Shown here in pieces: positions 25,809 to 36,909 of a DNA stretch of 64,000 nt (within the stretch, counting starts at the first letter, position 1; each line of letters begins with the position of its first letter). The stretch is from Psammoneis japonica (Eukaryota), in assembly GCA_008632985.1 (NCBI GenBank), contig QPGO01000147.1, forward strand, positions 1 through 64,000, written 5' to 3'. Position numbers and translations under genes: made by a program. The notes beneath the pieces were generated by a model. The model saw only the letters and a program-made list of their open reading frames with translations, ran no database searches and had not been told where the DNA came from.

Positions 25809-26450
25809 ATGGAGGTGGAGGATAAGAGCAATGAGGCGTCGTCTGCATCTCCAGGAAATTATTCTTCTCTTGAAGGCAAGCAAAACAAAACAAAGGCTTC
25901 CACCAAGAGCAAGCAATCAACGTCTTAGTCCACCGCAGTCTTGCACTCCAATGCCGTTAGTGGTGGTGTTGATGCACATCCGTTTGCTCGTGGATCTCTG
26001 GGAAAATGAGGATGATGATGTTACTACAGTCGAGGGACGAGCCGGCAGTGGGCCTAGTATCCGAGCACATCATCCTCACGGCGATTGATCATGTCGCTGT
26101 GGGTGATAAGTAGCGTTATTATGTGCATTACCGCTACTTCAATCGACGTGTGGACGAATGGGTTGGTATGGGTCGTATTGTGTCACCTCCTTCATTTGGG
26201 AATGCCAAAGCTCGAGTGATAAAAAGGACGAAGAACGTCGAAAGCGAAAGCAAGCGCGATTGGAGGAACGGAATGCGGAAAACACTGAAGATTCACTGCC
26301 GGCACACGGAGTAGACGGAAGCCGCCGTGGGCGGTGCTACTGCTACTACTACTTCAGCTGAAGAATCGTCTACGGACGCTGCTGCGGCTATGGTCTCGGA
26401 TCTAGCGTCAACAACTACAACACCTCGCATGACACGCCCAACGTGCTGAC
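25809..26450 (+). pseudogene. 5' fragment of a MYST-type histone acetyltransferase (Tudor-knot/chromo-barrel), degenerate
   Basis: RYYVHYRYFNRRVDEWV matches the Esa1/MOF Tudor-knot consensus YYVHYxxxNxRLDEWV. Flanked by stops and frameshifts; no catalytic domain is visible. Confidence 0.7.
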
Positions 26451-26599
26451 GGTGACGTGTTTTCGGTGTGCAAACGGGGTGTTTTGTTTGACGCGTCTCA
26501 CTGTATGACGCCACGTATATTTATCTCTTTTATTGCCATTCGTATACACCCATTGAGCTCGAAGGAATCACGTCGAATACAGCTAGCCGCGTACAGAAA

Positions 26600-27560
26600 G
26601 TTCTTCGGCAGTACAAGTCGATAGTCGATTGATCAAACGAATTATTGGCCGAGCCTTTTTCAGCTTTAACAGAACCTTTGGAGAAGAATATACTACACCG
26701 CAAGTTGATGATGGTGCAGTGCAGCCAAGAACATCGTTCAGGGAGTCTTCGTTTCGGGAATCAATGCAACCGTCTTTTTCAGCTTTAACAGAACCTTTGG
26801 AGAAGAATATACTACACCGCAAGTTGATGATGGTGCAGTACAGCCAAGAACATCGTTCAGGGAGTCTTCGTTTCGGGAATCAATGCAACCGTCTTTGTAT
26901 ACGGACAAACCTGTAGTGGTAAGACCTACAAGATGCAGGGTTTCGGTTCAATTGAAAAGAAGGCTACAAATCTACCGGTGGAGGCGTTGTACATACCGGT
27001 ATGACTACCAATGATCCATTTAATCACATTGCCGAGACACGAGACACCAGACCGAATGTTCTTGGTTCGAACGTCATTCTTTGAAGTCTTCAACGAGGAA
27101 GTGCCTGAGTTGCTCGGCGAGAACGATGTGCACAAATACGAGAAGACCCTCGACATGGATGGTTTGTGAACAGCCACGAGGAGGATGTTAACGATTTTGA
27201 TCGCATCATGGAGGTACTATTTGCTGGAGAGAAGAACCGGGCTGTAGCATCTACCTGCATAAATGAACGCTCTTCCCTATCTCATACCATTCCGTATCAC
27301 CGTCGAAAGTCGGTGGAAGACGGATCAAGATTTATGACGATGCATCAGTGATAAGCATAACCACGAAAACAAAGATTACGGTGCCATTCATATCTACACT
27401 CTGAACTTGGTCGACTCAGCTAGTTCCGAGATCGTTCCTCACTGTAATAGTCAGAAAGAAGGAGGAAAGATCAATAAGTGGTGAGTTGCTTTGAGAGCTT
27501 GCAAACTCTCATCTATTGTACTCTCAACTTTTACACAATACCTGTCCTTATATCTGCAGT
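26600..27560 (+). pseudogene. Kinesin motor-domain pseudogene (possibly kinesin-7/CENP-E-like)
   Basis: GINATVFVYGQTCSGKTYKMQG (P-loop), SFFEVFNEEV, NERSSLSHTI, LNLVD and KEGGKINK, spread across frames. Confidence 0.82.
26655..26896. repeat. 119-bp tandem duplication with one visible mismatch
   Basis: The copies are identical by eye except G26721 versus A26840. Confidence 0.92.
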
Positions 27561-28199
27561 CAATCTCGCTTTGGCAAACTGTTAAAGGAAACACTCCGAG
27601 GAGCCTTTAACTCCGAAAGAGACTGCTACATGTTGTAGGAACGATTAACGTGATCTCCCCATCGGGTGAAATGCGCATGGAATAAATATTTAAACTAAAC
27701 TAAAACAAGATGTGTTGACTGCTAGTCCCCATCAGATTTGCGGTCTGATGACTCATGCTCCCTCACCACGGCACGGTCGTCAACAAGAAGGAGTGCTGCT
27801 GCCTGTGGTACCCTTGGGGGGCCCCGTGCAGGTTGTTAATAGCCCGTCAGCTCTTACAACAGCCATGTTCAATGTTTTTTTACGATTAACATGAAAAACT
27901 CGGGGCTTTCTTAAACTTGGTGCTTTCCTAACCAAGGGGGCCTGTTGTTTGCTTGGCGCCCCGCCAAGGTTCTGGGCTTGTCTTTTTCATCGAGGTGCTT
28001 TCCTAACCTCGCCGTTTTAGTTGTAAACATCGAGTTTCGTCTCGAGTGGGGTTTCCTGAGGGTGCAGAGAATGGTACACTCTCTGTGCATCACCCAACAG
28101 GCGGTCGTCCTACCGTACCGAGACACTCGTCAGTGCCAGCAATTGTAAGAATGTTTAAACCTGCATGAGAAGGAAGAAGGTATAACTCAGCCAGTTTGG

Positions 28200-31100
28200 C
28201 ATCGTTGGAAAGGGGTTAGCACTTCTTCATGTCTTGCAGAGCGCCGCAACCATACTGCAGTGCAGAGAGGGCGGTCGATGCAGAAGAAGTGAGACGAAAA
28301 CACGTCGTGCAGCGAAGATCACGAGACGACGAACAAACAATGTGGCCAAATCTTTATTGAGCTGGCCTGCCTTTTTTCAATTCAAACACTCACATCACGC
28401 CTTCTTGGCTTCGAATGAGCTGCGACATATTATATACATTGATTAGAACAACAATTCATTCGTGGCGCCAATTTGAACGGAAAAGAGGCCTCCCACCGCA
28501 CCTGTGCAACGCTTTTCGCGCCTTCCGCGGCGATTTCAAAAAGAGTGTGGCTGGCGGGCAAAGTGCGCCTAAAAATAAATAAGGAGTTTTTTAGCGGGGA
28601 CGTTAAAGTTTTGCCGTTGAAGCAATTCAAAACCGATGGCGTGCCTTTCCGACGGCGGATTCAAATCAACATTGTCTTTGAAATTTTCAAATCAACCCAG
28701 ACGAACTTTTTTTGCTCAACTCGCAGCTTCCATGAGAACATTTTTTCTGAATCACATGAGCATTCTGCAGGAGTCGATGAGGTTGTGCGGTGAACAACAC
28801 TCCATTCATGTGGGGTTCGACGAGTGGAGGACACTGTTCTGCAGGAATCGCTGAGATTCTGAGAGTGTTTTTGGAGCAGGAAAATGTTTGGGCAAACCTT
28901 TTCAGACAAAGACAACACTCTCAAAGTTCAAGTTAGAGCAGGTGAAGAACCTTGGGGAATCCTGCAGGCTGCACAGTGCATTTGACCCACCAACGCATTT
29001 GACCCTGGGGCAAAGATTTGTGAAAAGCGCAGTGGAGACATTGAGCTTTTGCAGCTGAAGCAGCTCAAAACCGATGGCATGCCTCGCTGGTCTCCGACAA
29101 TTCAAATGATGAATTGTTCTTGAAATTTTCAAATGAACCCACAATGCATTTTTTGCTCAACTCATGGTTTTGGCCCAGCATGAGAACATCTCCAAATCAC
29201 ATGAACCCATGCATTCTGCAGAAGTCAGCGGGTGTGCCTCTTTGCAAGAATTGTCCCTTCCTGTGCATTGGCAGGAAGTGCAGCCACAATCCATGCACAG
29301 GCCCAGTGCTTGCCGAACAGCACCAACAGATGAGGGAAAATTGGCGGGAGTTTTGCCGGCTTTCTTGGACAGGGCCCCAAAGCCCATTCAATCGAAGATG
29401 GGGTTGCCCTCATCAATGACGTGAAGGCTGTCACTGCCGCAATTCTTGCTCGGAAGACAGACATCAAATTCAATGTCACAACCCTTCCAATGAAAAAAGA
29501 CAACAGCATGGTGCGTGCCCAAGTGTGACATCACGCAATGACAATGCACAACACCTCCCATCAGTGTGCAAACAGATGCGTCTGGCCCATGTCAAGATTG
29601 GGTGGCATCATCACAAGTCAGTTGACTTGGGGCAGAAAGACCCCCATTTGCTTGCAATCACAGAAAGTTGTGCCTCTGACCAGGAGGAGGACACCAAGCT
29701 GTGCAGAACAACTCCAAACCAATCTGGCCACACTCCTCTTTCTGTTTGTTGGACATCTCTCACTCCAACTGTCACCTCCATGATTTGAGAAACGGCACCT
29801 GCCTCTGTCACCATTTGCCATCATGTTGAAGACAGTCACATCAAACGCACCATGTGGGTTTTCACCCGTGTCAACTGGAAAGCATGCATTGTCAGCTGTG
29901 TGCTGTCCAAAAACTTTCCTCAGTGTGGCGAAGCATGTTTTCGACGGGTTCCAGTCCCAGGTGGGACTTTTTTGTGACATTTGCCCCGCAGAATTCTACG
30001 TGCGAGCTCTTCAGTTCGTACTCTGGTCAATGGATGCATTTGTCTTCGACATAAAAAAAACGGCCAAGTTTGTGGCACATCTGTCCCTGTTCGCACTCGA
30101 AGTTTTGGACAACACGCCTGCCCTGCGCCATTCTTAAGACACTCGAGAATGGCGCAGAAGAAAAAAATGTAAAAAGTTGTTCAATTGATGGCCTGACAAA
30201 TGCACCATAAAATCATGCAAAATTTCGCCAAAATCATGTAGAAATGTGCGTGCGCGACATACGACGCGATTCAAAAAACTGTCGATGTCACAGTTCAGCA
30301 GTGCGAGGTCCCACCCAGACCTGGAGCGCGTCTTTCATGGGGCCTGGTGAGGGAAGAAGAAAGCTTCTTCTCAGCCTTTTTTTTGTGCAGTGCTTTACAA
30401 ACTGGCGCCGTTGGCTGTTGTCATCATCAGGATTTGGGCCCAAGGCAAAGAGTTTGAGCAACTTGATGAAAGCTTGGTTGAAGAACTTGCAGCAGTGAAG
30501 AAGGTTGACTTAAAACGGGGGGGGGGGCACATGACAGCTGTGGGACAAACGCTTTCTTAATTTAGAATGTCGCTCAACAGGGAGTTGCAATCAACATGGA
30601 CAGGAGGGGCGTCAAAGTCCTTGTCAGCAGGAGAGAGGTTGTGTGCCAGCCCCAGTGGATTCTTGAGATCAAACAAGGAATCTGTGGCCAGGCCAACATC
30701 GGCGGGCAACAGGAGGAGGAGAAGCTGCATCATCTGCTGGCGTTGGCAGTGGCTGCATTGGCCGCAGTCACATTGGCAGCAGTGGCATGCAATCAACCAA
30801 CCTCCGTGTCGGCAATGCAGGGGTGGGCACCATTGCAACATGGTCTTCGCTCTCAGCAACAATTTTGTTGACTCACAATGAAAATTTGCCTGCAAAGCCA
30901 GGCCATGGCAATGACAAAGTTGGCTTGCTCTGAAGCCCAAAAGTTTGCTCCTTGTTTTGGCTTGCCAAATTAGCTGGAGTTGCATGCCCAATGCTGCTGC
31001 GCGCAGCTTTGACACCCGCGCTCCTTCTTTTTCAATTCTGGTGAAGTTTGAGTTGGTTGGCAACAGAAAGCTCATCTCTGGTCTGCTCTTTTTGGCTTGT

Positions 31101-31480
31101 CTCTAGAGTCTGGGCTGCTGCTCTGTGTGTGTGTGCATGCCACAAAACAGTTGACCATTGTGGCAAGGCAATTTGTTGGCCACAACAACAGAGGGCTTTG
31201 CTTGTGCGCGGCAATGTTTGCTTGGTTGGCGCGAAGATTGAAAAATGTTGTGGCAGCATGCACCCCCCAAAAAGTGCAGCCAAATGTGGGTCTTCATTGG
31301 CGGCAGATGCACGAAGAATCAAGCTGGGGGACAAGGTTGACAGACTGCATGTGCAGCCAGTCCTTCCAGTCTGCTGCATTGTGCATCACAGATCTGCAGT
31401 CACAGTGACGTCTGTTCTTGCTCAGTTGTACACCAGCAGTTTGCTAGCCACACAAACACAGCAGTGCCGAGAGGTTCACT
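28200..31480. other. Hypermutated domain D3 (partially converted, with CpG-retaining pockets)
   Basis: TpA-poor overall, with CpG retained at about 28200-28800 and 30240-30330. Contains an internal diverged duplication (28600-28775 versus 29036-29228). Confidence 0.75.
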
Positions 31481-31989
31481 TTTCGTCGTATTTTGAGAAT
31501 GTCAAAAGAAGTCACAACGACTGTCACGCATAAATGTTTCAGACATTTGGGTTGGCTGTCATTCGCTTGTGTAAAAAATTCTCATTTTGACAATTACAGC
31601 AGTCATTGAGATCATTCCAATGACTTTCGTTCCAATGATGAGTACGATGGAAATTGTATCAGACTGCGCAAACTAATGACGCTTCGTGTCCTATGTGACT
31701 TTGATGAAACAAAAGAGAGATCAATGACCCTTGTTTCTACTCAATTTTTCGTAGGATTCTCTAAACCTTCACTTATGACTCGCTCATCAGTGACCTCCAT
31801 CCAAGAGAAGAACATTCGAGTTCACAGACGCATTTTGGTCGTCGCCCCCTCCGATTCTGTCGTCCATAAAAAGTACAAGAGTGAGCAAAAGCCGTCGACA
31901 AAAATCAAAACGCGTCCCCCTTCTTCTTCCTCCGAAAGTTTTGATCAATTTCATCTGTTGCCAAATCGGACAAAGACGCATTTCTACTC

Positions 31990-32935
31990 ATGCCAAAGCT
32001 CGTCGTTTTCTTCCAGCTATTTCTGGTTGTGTCGGTGATACTTTCATCGAGATTCCCGATTGTGAAAGCGGACGGATATGGAAAAGTTCTTGGTAAGTTC
32101 ACTTTTCTATTCATGTTTGTTCCTTGAAAGAAGTGGGGATAAAAGTTGCTCACGGTAATCTCTCGGTCCGAATTTGAACTCTCGAAAAGGAACTGCGACA
32201 AATCTGCGCGGTACCGTTAATGGCACGAAAACCTCCAAAGAAGAAGTCCAGCAAGGCCATGTCACGAGGAAACTGCCGGAGGGAGGTGGCTCATCACATT
32301 ATGAAGAAGATATTCAACACAAGAATACCGATACGGCTACACACTTTGAGACGCGAGATGCTACCGGACCCCTTGATCCAGGCAGCGAAGGCACACACTA
32401 CGACGACGAAGAATACGAGGATCTCGATTTAAGCATGTACAACTTCACAGATGAGGAGTTGGAGTATATGGAATATAACGACACTTCGCAAGGAGGAGCT
32501 CTCGAGGAATTGGGAGGAGGATCAACCTTAGCTTTGTCAGAGCGATGCATGGAATGCAATCGAGCCGGTTGTCACAGTACGACGAACTACTCTTTTGCTC
32601 TTCCTCCCTTGGGCGACACCTGCAAGAGGTTGAAGTGCGATACCGCTCCTTGCTCACCGCCCCAATGTTGGCGTTGTCGCAGTCGAGGTTGCTACAGAGG
32701 TGGTATCGCCAACGTGCTGAGCGGAAACAAGGCGAAGGCCGAATTTTGTCAAACAAGGGGGTGCTTCTCGATGACATGTATAACCAATCAATGCACAAAG
32801 TGTAAGAAGATTGGGTGTTTCACTGTGAAACGCAAATCTGAAAAATTGCGAAAAAAGTGCTGGTTTTGGGGTTGCCCGAAATTAACCTGTGCTCGAGGCA
32901 AAGTAGCCCTTGCATCTAAGGTGCAGCTTCCGTGA
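31990..32935 (+). CDS. Secreted protein with an acidic linker and three 6-Cys repeats, join(31990..32092,32190..32935)
   Basis: Signal peptide MPKLVVFFQLFLVVSVILSS. The GT-AG intron gives in-frame GTATNLRG. Three C-x2-C-x3-GC-xn-C-x4-C-x4-C units. Confidence 0.75.
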
Positions 32936-33420
32936 TGTACTGTGGCATTCGTTCAACCTTATCGGAGCTCCCCCATGTAGTATCCCGTCAATCTGAGTTT
33001 AACAGTAGTACTTGTATGTAGAAAACGCAATCATACTTTCGTTCAGTAGGCGTACAGCAGCTGATCAAGCTGGTCACGACAAATATGTTGATACTTGGCG
33101 TGTTGCTCCCGAATGCAGATTGTTATCGTTTCGTGCTCCGCAGGAAGGAAAGGAAAGAAGAAGTGATATCCGGTATCTTTTTTGAAACATTGATGACGTG
33201 GCATACACGACTGAAGAGCTTATACCGCCGCCACCACGACACACGAACACGACTCACACGACAAAATCGGCGCACGCATGCGCACGCTACGCATCCATTC
33301 ATTTCCGCATTTCTGCTTCTCTCATCTCCTTCGATTTGGTCTTACTGTATTCATTCTTTTTGTTGTTGTGCGTGTGAGTTTTGTCGCTAGTGTGATTGTA
33401 CCTACTTCTATCAAATAACG

Positions 33421-34560
33421 ATGAAAGCTAGCAAGCTCTCTGTGGCCACGCGGTGCAGCAAGTGGCTCCTACTACTAGGGATTATCGAAATCATTGATTG
33501 CCATTCCATTGTTTTCTATTGCCATTCTTTCTCCTACGCGGTAGCTCCACTTGGGAGGAGACGGCCGTTCTTCTCACGGCCAAAACCTGTTAAATCGTCT
33601 GGGTTGATGATGGCTGCGGGCACGGGAATGGGAGGAGCAAGTACCAGAAATCGTAAATCAAAGAAAAAAGGGAAAAAGAAGAAAGCATCAGCTTCTGCCC
33701 CCTTTGATGCGAATGCGTCACTCCTTCGCCTTGAGAAGCGCTATGATGAATTATGTTTGGCAGATGCAAAGGATGTACAGTTAGATGCACAGGACGACTT
33801 TCAACGACAGGGGATTGAGCCTCGTGTGCTGTCAGAGTACGTAATTGGGGTCAGAGCTGCTCCCAAGTCCAATGCTGACGTGAGATCTGTTTCGGATTGG
33901 ATACCGGTCGCGCAGTTATGCATTTCCCAGTCCATGACACACAAGGAGACTACAGACCAGAAAGATGGAACTACAGCAGGTGTTTCTTTTTATTGTCGCG
34001 AGCTTTCGCATGCTGCAACTCTTGGAGTACCCGTATTCAAAACGTTGGCTCGTGAACAAATAGAATACAGTGCAGAACCAGTAAACTCGTTCTACAAGTA
34101 CGTCTATGATCCCATTGTCGGAGGAACTAATGATGACGACAGAAACGATCAAGTCATGACGAAAACTGAAGCACGATCCATGTTAGAACTAGAGGAAAAT
34201 GTCAGCGATCTCTCACTTGTCAAGCAATCGTACAAAAAGCTGTCATTTGAACTTCACCCGGATAGACTCTTGGGTCAGAATCTCGGTGATCAAGAACTTA
34301 AGGATGCGTCAAAACGATATGCGCAAGTCAAGCTTGCTTATGAAACGTTAATATCTGGTGGCGTTCGAAGAAATGGAGATTCGTCTTGGTATCAGTCGTT
34401 GGGAGGGAGAGCCCGGACCGAATTTTTTGGTCCGATTCCTCTCATGACAAGAGAATTGGCGCAAAGTTGGATTAAACAAAACAACGTTGATTTTGCGGTT
34501 GTAGGGCTTGATCCAGAGATCACAACACCGTTTTTGCTGCGAAATCAAGCTAGTTTATAA
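33421..34560 (+). CDS. J-domain (DnaJ-like) protein with an N-terminal targeting sequence, possibly plastid
   Basis: EARSML...VKQSYKKLSFELHPDR...YAQVKLAYETL J-domain with HPD. Hydrophobic then basic leader. Confidence 0.85.
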   Translation: MKASKLSVATRCSKWLLLLGIIEIIDCHSIVFYCHSFSYAVAPLGRRRPFFSRPKPVKSSGLMMAAGTGMGGASTRNRKSKKKGKKKKASASAPFDANASLLRLEKRYDELCLADAKDVQLDAQDDFQRQGIEPRVLSEYVIGVRAAPKSNADVRSVSDWIPVAQLCISQSMTHKETTDQKDGTTAGVSFYCRELSHAATLGVPVFKTLAREQIEYSAEPVNSFYKYVYDPIVGGTNDDDRNDQVMTKTEARSMLELEENVSDLSLVKQSYKKLSFELHPDRLLGQNLGDQELKDASKRYAQVKLAYETLISGGVRRNGDSSWYQSLGGRARTEFFGPIPLMTRELAQSWIKQNNVDFAVVGLDPEITTPFLLRNQASL

Positions 34561-34844
34561 TGAGTGCCAGTTGAGCAGAATGCCGTTTGAGTTATTGACG
34601 TGTCTGAAGGGTTATTGTGGAGTAGTTTGATGAGAATAATAATGTTGTTGATTCGGTAAGATGAGAGCTACTAGCTACCATCGAAAGCGCCAAGAGACTA
34701 GCGTGCTATTCTAGTCATTTGTGGAAATAAAGCAGTCAACGAATGGGAAGGAAAAAGAACTCGCCAAAGCCTCAACCACCTGCGCTCGAATCATGTTTCG
34801 TACTCTATCTTTCTCCTCTCAAGCGAGCAAGTAGAGGTATGGTA

Positions 34845-35010
34845 GGGCCTAGAGGGCCCTAGCGACTAGCAGGCTCTACTCTCTAGCTAGAGAGGGCCCT
34901 AAAGTAAAGTAGAGAGCGAGTAGAAAGCGAGGCCTAGGGCCCTAGCGACTAGCAGGCTCTACTCTCGTAGAGAGAGGGCCCTAAAAAGTAGAGGGCGAGT
35001 AGAAAGCGAG
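34845..35010. repeat. CTAG/GGGCCC-rich palindromic tandem repeat, about 84 bp x2
   Basis: agggccctagcgactagcaggctctactctc...gagagggccctaaa..agtagag.gcgagtagaaagcgag occurs twice. Confidence 0.88.
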
Positions 35011-35196
35011 CGAAGATAAGCAGGATCAAACAATAATGAAAACCCGGAGGTGTTGCCGAACTGGAAGAGTCACAGTCACAGTCATGGGGCTTATGTGTGA
35101 CAGTTGAAATTTCAGGCCGTGCGATGTTCGTTCAAGGTGGTTTCACCACACACCCGCACACAAAATCCGGCGAGAAGGCTCCGAATGCTGTACACC

Positions 35197-35520
35197 ATGG
35201 TTTCTCGTGCTTTGTTCATCTTCATTTCCCTCTTGCTTCTCGTGGCTTGCGAGAGCGCTCATCCAACTCCTGAAGAGCATTGTTCTGTATGCCTAAAGAA
35301 ATGTTTACGAGGCGGCGACCAGTATGCATGCGACGTGTGCAACCGCATCAAAGATTGCCCAACGCCTTGCAACCACTGTAGCGGCATGGGCTGCTTCGGA
35401 CCGAGAGGTGATTCCATCGAGGCCTGTCATGAGTTCAAGTGCCACAGTATTCTTTGCCCGCACCCGATCGCAACCATTGACTCAAATCTCCGTCCAGTGA
35501 AACCGAAACCCGAAAAGTGA
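35197..35520 (+). CDS. Small secreted Cys-rich protein
   Basis: Signal peptide MVSRALFIFISLLLLVACESA, 12 Cys in the mature part, and one unit of the 6-Cys motif seen in 31990..32935. Confidence 0.7.
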   Translation: MVSRALFIFISLLLLVACESAHPTPEEHCSVCLKKCLRGGDQYACDVCNRIKDCPTPCNHCSGMGCFGPRGDSIEACHEFKCHSILCPHPIATIDSNLRPVKPKPEK

Positions 35521-36019
35521 GAATCGTGTCGAGTGTCGAAAGGCTCGCTGTCGAAGAGTGGTACAAGAAAATGAGAAGGATTGCATATGACTCGGTTACT
35601 TCGATGATGTTCGAGATGTATGGGAAAATGGTGAAGGATGCAGATAGTGTGATAGTCCCTACCGTATACATAAAACATTGTTACACATGAGAGCGAATTG
35701 AGCAGCCGTTTTAGAAATGAAGACACCTAAGAATAGGCCGTTGCTTGTTCAACTTGAGACTTAGAATGGAATCATCTTCATTGCTTGTTCACAGAGGTGA
35801 AAGTGTCACTTTTGGTGCGTGCTGTGCTCAGAACGGAATCGAGAGCCAAGGCGTTACGGTCATCAGTCTTTACCACAAGGTAAACCTGGATGAGATATGA
35901 GACAGAGTGGCCTATCGGTTGTGGGACAGGAATTTCCTATGTTATTAACATGGGGCAACTTTACGTTTCGTGCCTGGTGTCTATTCTCAGAATAACAGGC
36001 AATAGAATCGTCAAGCCCT

Positions 36020-36598
36020 CGCTACCTCTTCCCCCGCATCGCTCTCGGAACCAGTGCATCGAAGCATCGACCGCTGCAATCAATGGATCGTCCTTTTGGG
36101 CCCGCTCTCTTGACTACACTCTTGAGGAACAGTGTGCCCAGGCCTTCAGCACATTTTGGGTTTTGGTGCCTTTGCCATTACTGCAAGTACTCGTCTCACT
36201 TACAACGGTTCCATCCACCCCTGTATATATTCATGCGCAACATGTCTCTGTGGCTTTCCGCCAATGTTGTCGTTGCGCTCCAGCTCTTCACGACCTACAC
36301 ACCCGGTTTGAACGATACCATCTTTGGTGTGTCCGGTATGAACGGAACCAGTGATGTATCACCATTTCGATGATGGTTTCCGTCTTTTTGAACAGGGTTT
36401 CCGAAGAAGGCGCTTCGCCGTCGCCTCAAGGCCCAGGGTTCAGATGCGGACGATCGCGAGGACTGGCTCTTTGTTGCGCATGTTGATCCTGCCCCGCACG
36501 GCACCAAGCTTCCAAGGGAGCTTCCAAGCTCAACTTGGATGGCTGAGTTGGACAGATAGAGTCCATTCAACGCTTCTGCCAGCTGGGGATGAAGCATC
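36020..36598 (+). pseudogene. Duplicated 3' fragment of the P-type ATPase gene (homologous to 46548-47130)
   Basis: Shared [32 protein letters not shown] and 3' flank; frameshifted. Confidence 0.88.
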
Positions 36599-36909
36599 GG
36601 ATGTGTTCCCAAGTGCATGCGCATGTGTGTTATAGAGGGCTTGTCGTCCAGGAATTGGGAGAAAAGAGTTGGTCGGCAGCAACGTGTTCGTTGTTTTTGA
36701 GATTGCTCTTCCTTTTTAGTCTTTCGAATCTTGTTTGGAACGTTTTGACGGGAGAGTGACAGCAAACAGAACAATAGAAGGGAGAGAGTTCCACTCTGCT
36801 CTACGGCATGCCAAGGAATGGAATGTAAGTGCTAGTAGAGATACACAAGAAGCGAGAGAGAAGCAAATAAAAACTGAAGTACCACAACTTATAACAAAAC
36901 ATTAACGTT

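Noticed and set aside
27827..28165. Imperfect inverted ends (tgcaggtt...cttacaa / ttgtaag...aacctgca) as a MITE
   Set aside because: The match is short and gapped with no clear TSD, so it cannot be supported without other copies.
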